DNA of 64,000 nt from Terracidiphilus sp. (GTDB lineage: Bacteria; Acidobacteriota; Terriglobia; Terriglobales; Acidobacteriaceae), in NCBI GenBank assembly GCA_017883405.1, contig JADGNO010000163.1, positions 24,524 to 88,523 on the forward strand, in the 5' to 3' direction. This document shows positions 56,597 through 64,000 of this stretch, one piece after another. Both the position numbers and the translations under genes were made by a program. How positions within the stretch are numbered: the first letter of the stretch is position 1; each line of letters starts with the position of its first letter. The notes under the pieces were generated by a model. It did not search any database. It had not been told where the DNA came from and was given only the letters and a program-made list of their open reading frames with translations.

Positions 56597-58267
56597 CTAG
56601 GACCTCTGCCCCGGCGCTCGAATGCTGTCCACCGCCGCCTGCCCAAGCCGGTCTCGTAGCTGCGTCAGATACAAGCTGCGCGGCGACACGTGCTTGTCCA
56701 GCGATTCAATATACCCGCCGTCCTTTGTCGGATCCTGCAACGGAATGTTGAAGGACACGGAATCGACTCCGAGATGTCCAAACGAGTAATTCTGCGCCGT
56801 CGGCGGTTTCTGCACCAGGAACGGTCCCTCGCAATTCCAGAACACTGTGTTCCCGCCACCCCAGCCAATATTAATGTCTTTCCAAAATCGGGCCGTCAGC
56901 GGCGCATGAACATTGTCGTAAAGACCGCCCGTCGCCCACTGCTCATGTGTCTCGCTCGACGAATACGGTTCGGTCGCCGTGCAATCCAGAAATACATTCG
57001 ACGTCGCCGTGGGCTGGCCCATCATGAACGAGTGGCGTCCCTTGTCTGAGTGGCAACGCTGCACCAGAGTCAGTTCGCCGCGCAATCCAAACGTGAAGCG
57101 CCTCGCGCCCATGCGCCGCGATACCGGCTCGCGCGATATGCAATCTTGCACGGTGATCCATTTCGCCCCGCGCTGCGTGCCCACCATGCTGTAGGCAAAG
57201 TGCAGTGCCGTAACATTCCGCACCCAGCCGTTGCGCATGTTGTCGAAGGTGATGAAATTCCAGAAGTGGTCTTCGTCCGCGTAGTACTCTTCGGCCACAT
57301 AGTTCGGACGATCCATGTTGCCGTATTCTTTGGTGCGCTTGGTAGGATCGAACTCCGACATGCCGCGCAGATTCTCAACGCCCACATTCTCAATGCGGCC
57401 CGGATCTTCGTACTTAACCACCTCGCCGCCGCCCCAGCGCTTCTCGATTGCGCAGGTCATCGGCGCGTCGATCGTAATCGTGTTCCCTTGAACCTCCACC
57501 ACTACCCGGTCCCACTCCACATTGAACGGCCGCCAGCGATTGGCCGGCGTATCTCCGTTCATCCCCATGGCGTTGATCCAGTCCTGGTTCCCGATGCGCC
57601 GCACCACCACGGTGTCGCCCGCCTTGAATCCATGCGCCGATGCCACTCGTATACTGCGCGCACCCACAGGAACGTAATCGTCAGCAACCGTCTGCAGGGT
57701 TTCGTCCTTCGTCACCCATCCCGCGGCCCCAGCAATCTTCACCAGTGTCGGCAGGCTGCGACCTCTACCCCCGGCTGTGCCTGCGTCCGCGCGCGGATTT
57801 CCAGTTCCGATGAGAATGGTCCCGGTATCGCCCATCCCCTCTCCGCGCAGCACCACGCCGCTGGCCTGGATGGTAATTGGTGTGGCCATTTTGTAGTAGC
57901 CCATCTTCAACAGCACGGCCCCGCGGAATCCGTTCTTATCCAACGGCAAAGCTGATACCCGGTCGATCGCGGCCTGTACGCTCGCGGTATTGTCTCCCGC
58001 CACCGGCCACAGAATTTCCTTGATCGCTACCGTGGGAATTGGCGCGCCGCCTCCGCGATATCCGGCATGCGAGAAATCGAGAATGGTGTTGCCGTGTTCA
58101 TCGGGAACGTAAACCAACCGGCCATCCGTGCCGGGATAGACGCGGGATACCGTGGGGGCAAGGTCTGGTACCGCGTCCGCATCTTGAGCGGCAGCCAGAG
58201 CCGTCGGCGCCATCGTCAGCGCGATTGCCGATTGCAACATTCTCCGTCGGGATACAAGTGTGGTCAA
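56597..58267 (-). CDS. Tat-exported pectin-lyase-fold (beta-helix) protein
   Basis: SRRRML; DFSHAGY.GG, GDNTA.VQAAID, GAVLL..G.Y, SGVVLRGEG; TTG start after GGAGG. Confidence 0.72.
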   Translation of the reverse strand: MTTLVSRRRMLQSAIALTMAPTALAAAQDADAVPDLAPTVSRVYPGTDGRLVYVPDEHGNTILDFSHAGYRGGGAPIPTVAIKEILWPVAGDNTASVQAAIDRVSALPLDKNGFRGAVLLKMGYYKMATPITIQASGVVLRGEGMGDTGTILIGTGNPRADAGTAGGRGRSLPTLVKIAGAAGWVTKDETLQTVADDYVPVGARSIRVASAHGFKAGDTVVVRRIGNQDWINAMGMNGDTPANRWRPFNVEWDRVVVEVQGNTITIDAPMTCAIEKRWGGGEVVKYEDPGRIENVGVENLRGMSEFDPTKRTKEYGNMDRPNYVAEEYYADEDHFWNFITFDNMRNGWVRNVTALHFAYSMVGTQRGAKWITVQDCISREPVSRRMGARRFTFGLRGELTLVQRCHSDKGRHSFMMGQPTATSNVFLDCTATEPYSSSETHEQWATGGLYDNVHAPLTARFWKDINIGWGGGNTVFWNCEGPFLVQKPPTAQNYSFGHLGVDSVSFNIPLQDPTKDGGYIESLDKHVSPRSLYLTQLRDRLGQAAVDSIRAPGQRS

Positions 58268-58333
58268 AGGGAAACCTCCGGGGGCCAATCCAATATAACC
58301 GCACGCTGCCGTACGCATCCAATATCAGGAATC

Positions 58334-58364
58334 AAAAAAAGTTGCCGCCCTCAAAGGGCGGCAC
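58334..58364 (-). terminator. Intrinsic terminator
   Basis: Minus strand GTGCCGCCC-TTTGA-GGGCGGCAAC-TTTTTTT. Confidence 0.75.
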
Positions 58365-58423
58365 TTTAGCCACTGCCGGTGTATGTATAGCTGTTCGCCC
58401 CGGCTCTCCAGCTCACTTTCTCG

Positions 58424-59488
58424 TCAGTGATACAGCGGCAGCTCACCCTGGATTTTTGCCTTCACTCGATAAACACTTGTCGAGGCCGTAATGTAAACGG
58501 TCTTTCCATCTTCGCCCCAGGCAAGATTGGCTGCCACTTCAGGAATTTTTATCTGGCCAAGAACCTTTCCCGCCGGAGTAATGATTCGGATGCCCCCAGG
58601 GCCCGACGTCCATACGTTTCCCGCCGAGTCAATCTTCAGCCCATCCGGCACATCGGGAGCCGAGCCGGGATATGAAATCAGCGTCGACCTGCCTGTGACC
58701 TCTCCATTTGAACCAAGGGTGAACTTCTCAACGAACATCTTGGGCCCGGAATTCGAGACGTACAGCGTCTTGCCATCTGGAGAGAATCCAATTCCGTTTG
58801 GCATGGACAGGTCTTTGATGACGGCCGTCAGCTTGCCATTCGCGTATCGATAAACGCCGTTAAATGACAATTCTTTTGCGGGGTCATTGTTTTGCTTCTG
58901 AAGTCCATAAGGAGGATCGGTAAACCAGAGCGAGCCATCCGTTGCAAAGACCAGATCGTTCGGGCTGTTCAGGTGCTTACCCTCGAATTTCTCCAGGAAC
59001 AGAGACGCCTTCAGATCTTTATCCAGGCGTACTATTTTCCGCGCGCCTTGCTCGATCAGGAGCACTGAATGATCTTTGTCCGTCGCCATCGCATTCGAGC
59101 CCATGTATGCGCCTGGGGGAAAGCTATCAAGACCTCCTGAATGATCCTTCAGCATCTCCAATTTTCCGGCCGGAGAAACCGCGTACAATTTGTTTCCGAC
59201 AAGATCGGAAAACCATAGCCGGCCCTGACGCCACATCGGGCCTTCTATAAACTTGAATCCAGTTGCAACCCTCTCGATCTTTGCGTCCGGCGCAATGACG
59301 GAATCAAGGGCCGGGTCAAGTCGAACGATTGATGATCCAGGAACGTTGGCCTCAACCCCGTTTTGCGAAGGCGTTTGCTTCGCTTGTGAATAAGCGGTCA
59401 TTGCACAACCCAGCAGCACAATGGTCCCGACGAGCGCGTGAACGCGCATGGATTTGCAGCCTGAATCAGAAGCCGATCTGTGTGACAT
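58424..59488 (-). CDS. SMP-30/gluconolactonase family protein
   Basis: EGP.W, NSPNDL, FTDPPYG, PNGIGFSPDG, PDGLKID. Confidence 0.92.
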   Translation of the reverse strand: MSHRSASDSGCKSMRVHALVGTIVLLGCAMTAYSQAKQTPSQNGVEANVPGSSIVRLDPALDSVIAPDAKIERVATGFKFIEGPMWRQGRLWFSDLVGNKLYAVSPAGKLEMLKDHSGGLDSFPPGAYMGSNAMATDKDHSVLLIEQGARKIVRLDKDLKASLFLEKFEGKHLNSPNDLVFATDGSLWFTDPPYGLQKQNNDPAKELSFNGVYRYANGKLTAVIKDLSMPNGIGFSPDGKTLYVSNSGPKMFVEKFTLGSNGEVTGRSTLISYPGSAPDVPDGLKIDSAGNVWTSGPGGIRIITPAGKVLGQIKIPEVAANLAWGEDGKTVYITASTSVYRVKAKIQGELPLYH

Positions 59489-59508
59489 GTCTTCTCTCCG
59501 TAAAATAC

Positions 59509-59937
59509 TTAAACTGCATCAGTCAGCAGTACCAGGTAATCTTTTTTGTTGAGGAGCGTATTTTCGATCAGCGGCCAATTCTTCTTGTGCACCGCGGACG
59601 CAATCCATTTCTGTCGCGCCTCTTCGCTCTCGTAGGTTAGCTGAAACCGGTAATTCACTCCTTCAGGTGGAGGCGGTCCGCCCTGCATCACTCGGCGCAG
59701 CTTCACGATTTTCAGGTCGATATAGCCTTCAAACTTCTCCGCGACAGGCTTGAAATCATTGTGGTAGTGATCCAGCATCTTCTGCTCCTGCGCAGGATCA
59801 ACGGCCATATCGCAATAGAGCACAATCGGATGTGCAACTGCTTTCTTCGTCGAGCTTCCACTCTGTCCCAGTAATGTTTTTCCCGTCTGCGCCAGTCCGG
59901 CTAACCCAACATAGCGCAATAATGTTCGTCGATTCAT
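59509..59937 (-). CDS. Tat-exported dimeric alpha/beta-barrel (ABM-like) protein
   Basis: MNRRTLLR; F.GY, YESEEARQKW..S..H pattern; RBS GGGAGGG. Confidence 0.6.
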   Translation of the reverse strand: MNRRTLLRYVGLAGLAQTGKTLLGQSGSSTKKAVAHPIVLYCDMAVDPAQEQKMLDHYHNDFKPVAEKFEGYIDLKIVKLRRVMQGGPPPPEGVNYRFQLTYESEEARQKWIASAVHKKNWPLIENTLLNKKDYLVLLTDAV

Positions 59938-60330
59938 TGTCCCCTCCCATCGTGTTTTAGAATTGTTCTGCTTTATATTGGCGCCCGACGCGGGGTCGCC
60001 AGGCGAGTGGAATTCCAATCGCAAATCGTCCAGATTGAAGGTATCACAGCCCTTCATCCATCCGGCAAGTGCCCGAGTCTTCACGTGCCGCAGCGCGACA
60101 TGCTGGCTTGCAGTCGTCTTCTACGATCCGCGCTGCCTCAACAGATCCGCCGTTCCCATTCGTGAATCGCATATTGCTGCAAAAGTCGGATACCACACTT
60201 CACAAATCGATGTACCCGTTTTTTGCTGTTTGGAGTATGCGTAAACCTACACTCCAAATCGCGCATTTTGGCTTCACGAGATGTTCGCGGCGTCTTTCAA
60301 TTGCAGCTGCGCCCGCCTGACCGACTGCCT

Positions 60331-61473
60331 TCACTTTTCGCTCGTCAGGCTGCGAATGATCTCCACCTCGTGTTCGCGATACGGCTTTCCATCCGCATAA
60401 AAAACGTCGTGGAACCATATCGTGGGCGGGCGCTCTACGTAGGGACGCTGCCACGAATCCCACGGCAGATACGTCTGGCTTTTGCCGGCAACAAGACCCC
60501 AGTTGATGGCCCCCACTCGATACTTCTTTGCGACGGGTAATACTGTGTCGAACAGGCTGCCTGCGCCTCGTGCCATGTATTCCGTGCAGATAAGCGGGCG
60601 ATGGTACTGCTGCAATTCTTGAATGCGCTTTTCAAATTCTTCCGGCCAGCCGTAGTTGTGAAAACTGATCACATCGGACTGCTCAATCTGCACGCGTGCC
60701 ATCGGCGACATCTTGTCGAGCGAACTCCAGTTGCCATGCCACACTCCGCTAGTCAGCGGCTGAACGGGATGCACACTCCGAGCCCACGCAAATACCTGCG
60801 GCAAGAGTTCCAACACAATCTCGCTCTTGTTTTTTGGCTCGCTCTTTCCGTACGAATTGTCGTTCGTATTGTCCGGTTCATTCCACACATCCCACGCAAG
60901 TATTCGCTGATCATTAGCGAACGCCCCGACAACCCCTTTGACGTAGCTCTCGAGACGCGGATACTGCGCAGGCTCCGACAGCACGCTGGCGCCTGGCGCC
61001 TGCACCCAGCCGGAATTGTGAACACCTGGAATGGGTGGGTGCTGAGGACCGAGTTTCGGAAACGGATCCCAGCAGGAATCGAACAGGACGAATACAGGCT
61101 TGACGTGGTGCCGCGAGGCAATCACGAGAAAGGCGTCGATACGCTGCTGAAATCCCTTGGGGTCCTGCTCCCACGGCAGGTTGTGAAGAAACACCCGCAT
61201 CGTATTCATGCCGATGCCCTCAGCCCAGCCCAACTCCCGATCAATAGTTGTCGGATCGAAAGTGTCCGCCTGCCACATTTCGAGTTCGTTGATGGCATTC
61301 GATGGCAGGAAGTTGGAGCCTACAGGCCACGGCTGCGCAGCAAACCAGGCGGCTGCTTTGTCCTCGGTCCAGCGTTGCGGGACCGAGAAGTCTTGTGCTT
61401 TAAGTACGGGCAGCAAAAAAAGAAAAGTGGCTGCGGCCACAAGCAGGCAGGTGGAGCGAACGTTGCCTATCAT
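60331..61473 (-). CDS. Clan GH-A (GH5-like) glycoside hydrolase
   Basis: Signal peptide; G.NTMRVFLH, WDVWNEP acid/base, ISFHNY, ICTEY nucleophile. Confidence 0.85.
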   Translation of the reverse strand: MIGNVRSTCLLVAAATFLFLLPVLKAQDFSVPQRWTEDKAAAWFAAQPWPVGSNFLPSNAINELEMWQADTFDPTTIDRELGWAEGIGMNTMRVFLHNLPWEQDPKGFQQRIDAFLVIASRHHVKPVFVLFDSCWDPFPKLGPQHPPIPGVHNSGWVQAPGASVLSEPAQYPRLESYVKGVVGAFANDQRILAWDVWNEPDNTNDNSYGKSEPKNKSEIVLELLPQVFAWARSVHPVQPLTSGVWHGNWSSLDKMSPMARVQIEQSDVISFHNYGWPEEFEKRIQELQQYHRPLICTEYMARGAGSLFDTVLPVAKKYRVGAINWGLVAGKSQTYLPWDSWQRPYVERPPTIWFHDVFYADGKPYREHEVEIIRSLTSEK

Positions 61474-61509
61474 TACTACTCCTTCGAGCGTAAGAAGGAG
61501 AATTCTACT

Positions 61510-61821
61510 TCACCAATTGAGGTTTGGTCGCCTTGGAGGTTTCGCAGGTTCCTGACTCTGCATTGCTTCCGGTTCGTCAGCAGCCGGTTCGGATGGCTGT
61601 TCTGCGTTTTCGGCATGCTGGTACGCTGCATTGTGGGTTTGGCGGAGGGTGCTAGCAAGCTGCTCAAAATCAGAACTGAAATTTGGCTGCACCGGAACGA
61701 TGCGTGCGACAGGAACACCATTTTTTTCAAGGAGAAATGATGCACCCTGATAGCGAACCCGGTTGATGCAATCCGAGAATTTCCGGGCTGCCAGAGTGAC
61801 GCTGATGAGCGTTTCGTCCAT
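61510..61821 (-). CDS. Phd/YefM-family antitoxin-like protein (no toxin adjacent)
   Basis: ISVT.AARKFSDCINRV, F.LEKNG.PVARIVP. Confidence 0.75.
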   Translation of the reverse strand: MDETLISVTLAARKFSDCINRVRYQGASFLLEKNGVPVARIVPVQPNFSSDFEQLASTLRQTHNAAYQHAENAEQPSEPAADEPEAMQSQEPAKPPRRPNLNW

Positions 61822-61870
61822 GACGAATCAGATTATCAGATTTTGAACCGTTCTCAGCCAAAATTCTCAA

Positions 61871-62773
61871 TCATTTACCGGCGAGCTGCTCAAGAAGCGT
61901 ATCGAAATCCTCGAGCTTTGCGTATTCAATGATGACTTTTCCTCGGCCATTGTGGTCCTCGATGTGGACCTTGAGCCCGAGAGCCCGCTGCAACTGCTCC
62001 TGAACTTCCTTAACATTGGGATCGACGGGAGGTGCCGGTTTTGGCTCCTTCTTTGCGCTCCGTTCGGGATGCAATAGGCCTTGAACGTAGCTTTCCGTTT
62101 GGCGAACAGAAAGCGAAAGAGAGTTGATGCGCTGGGCAGCCTTTTCTATATCTTCTGCATGCTCAAACGCGAGCAGGGCGCGGGCATGTCCGAAGCTCAG
62201 CTCTCCGGATTCCACCCTAGACTGCACCCCTTGAGGCAAGCGGAGGAGGCGCAGGAAATTAGAGACTGTGGCCCGGACTTTGCCAGTGCGGACCGCCATC
62301 TGTTCCTGGGTCATATGAAACTCGCGAGAGAGCCGGTCGAACGCCCGCGCCTGTTCCATCGGGTTCAGGTCTGCGCGCTGCAGATTTTCAACGATGGTAA
62401 TTTCCATCGCTTGCTCGTCCGAGACCTGGCGGAGGATGGCCGGGATAGTGGGCTTGCCTGCGCTTTGCGAAGCGCGCCAGCGGCGCTCACCGGCGATTAG
62501 TTGGAAACGCCCATTCAATAGCGGCCGTACAAGAATAGGCTGGACCACCCCATTGGCCGAGATGGAAGCCGCCAATTCGGCCAGCTGTGCTTCGTCGATC
62601 TGCGAGCGTGTCTGAAATGGATTCGGGTCGATCTGGTCGAGCGGGATTTCGCGAGGCCGGCCTCCTTCAGATTCTGCCGGTGCAGCGGCGGCGGGAGCGT
62701 GAGCTCGCGGGAGCAATGAGTCAAGACCTTTGCCCAAGGCGCGACGCTTTGGATCGGAAGCGATTACATTCAT
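61871..62773 (-). CDS. parB: Chromosome partitioning protein ParB
   Basis: RRALGKGL..LL, NPFQ.R, GVVQPILV, IAGERRWRA, ENLQR.DLNP.E. Confidence 0.96.
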   Translation of the reverse strand: MNVIASDPKRRALGKGLDSLLPRAHAPAAAAPAESEGGRPREIPLDQIDPNPFQTRSQIDEAQLAELAASISANGVVQPILVRPLLNGRFQLIAGERRWRASQSAGKPTIPAILRQVSDEQAMEITIVENLQRADLNPMEQARAFDRLSREFHMTQEQMAVRTGKVRATVSNFLRLLRLPQGVQSRVESGELSFGHARALLAFEHAEDIEKAAQRINSLSLSVRQTESYVQGLLHPERSAKKEPKPAPPVDPNVKEVQEQLQRALGLKVHIEDHNGRGKVIIEYAKLEDFDTLLEQLAGK

Positions 62774-62856
62774 GATTCTTTCCTTCATTATCGGCGTACT
62801 GCCGTATTCATCTGTTCGGCTTACGAAACTCAGATTCAAGCTGCTCGGGGCCCCGG

Positions 62857-63702
62857 TCAGGAGTACGGCCAAAACGTAACTTTAGCCTGCGGCCTTGCTG
62901 CCATCTTTGCTTTGCGTTCAAGGCTGCGTGGACTCTCCATTTCATTGCGAGCCAGGAGTTCTGTTGCCAGCTCAAAATAGGCCTCGGTCCCGCGTGATCG
63001 CGGATCGTAAAGCGCTACCGGCTTGCCGTGGCTCGGGGCTTCAGCTAGCCGCACATTCCGAGGGATGACGGTCCGAAAGAGCCTCTCGCGGAAGTACTCA
63101 CGCAGAGTTTCGGTCACCTGCTGGGCTAAATTTGTGCGGTCATCGTACATGGTCAGGAGAACGCCCTCAATATTCAGGGTCGGATTGAAGGCGGCCCGCA
63201 CGCGCTCAAGCGTCGATATCAGTTCAGAAACACCCTCGAGCGCGAAGTACTCAGCCTGCATGGGAACGATCAACGTCTCTGCAGCAGACAAAACATTCAG
63301 CGTCAGCAAATCGAGCGCGGGCGGGCAATCCAGAATAATCAGGTCGTAGTCGGCCTTGACCGTCTCCAATGCGCCTCTCAGACGGACCGCACGGTCATTT
63401 GCGGCGGCGAGCTCGATGTTGGCCCCGGTAAGGTTTTTCGATCCAGGAAGAATTTTGAGGGCGTCGATTTCGGTCGGGAGAATGACTTGTTCAGCTGGGC
63501 TGTCGCCCATCAGCACGTCGTAGACGGAGCGTCGATTGTCATCTCGCTGGAAGCCGATCCCAGATGTGGCGTTGGCCTGGGGATCGCAATCCACCAAAAG
63601 CGTCTTCATTCCTTCAAGCGCAAGACACGCGGACAGGTTGATTGCGGTGGTGGTTTTGCCCACGCCGCCCTTCTGATTGACGATCCCGATAATCTTGCCC
63701 AT
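62857..63702 (-). CDS. parA: Chromosome partitioning ATPase ParA/Soj
   Basis: [44 protein letters not shown]. Confidence 0.97.
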   Translation of the reverse strand: MGKIIGIVNQKGGVGKTTTAINLSACLALEGMKTLLVDCDPQANATSGIGFQRDDNRRSVYDVLMGDSPAEQVILPTEIDALKILPGSKNLTGANIELAAANDRAVRLRGALETVKADYDLIILDCPPALDLLTLNVLSAAETLIVPMQAEYFALEGVSELISTLERVRAAFNPTLNIEGVLLTMYDDRTNLAQQVTETLREYFRERLFRTVIPRNVRLAEAPSHGKPVALYDPRSRGTEAYFELATELLARNEMESPRSLERKAKMAARPQAKVTFWPYS

Positions 63703-63954
63703 GGCAATTCAGAGTAAAAGGCGAGACGGGTCGAAGGGTAGGAGATTGAGATGTGGAGAACCGGGCAAACCTGTGGAAACCGTCAAATAGGCTGTTTTTG
63801 AACCCGACGGCAACCCTTGGAGATGCAACAAGTTCGCAGCAATTCTGTCCGCCCTATCGGAATTCGCCCGGAAAAGTGGCATCGGTGGAAAACTTTAGGG
63901 AACTCATCTAGGTTCTCTGTCGGATTTGGCTGAACCAGCTGCGATCAATGCGAG

Positions 63955-63970
63955 TGTTCCACGTGGAACA
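63955..63970. other. parS: parS centromere-like site
   Basis: Perfect palindrome TGTTCCACGTGGAACA upstream of parA. Confidence 0.92.
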
Positions 63971-64000
63971 TTTGATTGCCACGGCATGGTGCGGAGCGAT

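Noticed and set aside
1-64000. CRISPR array, transposase/integrase, prophage or defence genes
   Set aside because: No regularly spaced repeats or corresponding protein motifs found by eye

Overview
GC-rich bacterial chromosomal segment, most likely Acidobacteriota (Acidobacteriaceae-like). The taxon is inferred from a PadR plus duplicated ADOP permease pair, an Oar-like TonB-dependent receptor and acidobacterial-type Ig proteins. The window is probably origin-proximal: it contains mnmE, parB, parA and a perfect parS palindrome at its right end. The left two-thirds is mostly housekeeping (dacB, folP, larA homologue, ECF sigma operon, purA, mutM, HIT, Mo-oxidoreductase, tdh, pabB-pabC fusion, kbl, ruvA, HU) with some CAZymes. 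A ~20 kb block of secreted or Tat-exported glycan-degrading genes and an orphan KdpDE-like pair lies between mnmE and parB. The most intriguing feature is the ~1 kb non-coding gap after mutM. It holds (i) a candidate ~200 nt sRNA made of seven short hairpins, mostly with CAA/A-rich loops, ending in an intrinsic terminator, and (ii) a second sigma70 promoter driving a ~590 nt structured leader into a gene for an Arg/Gln/Pro-rich disordered protein fused to an atypical receiver domain. No CRISPR array, transposase, rRNA or intact tRNA was seen. All calls come from reading motifs by eye; no database searches were run.
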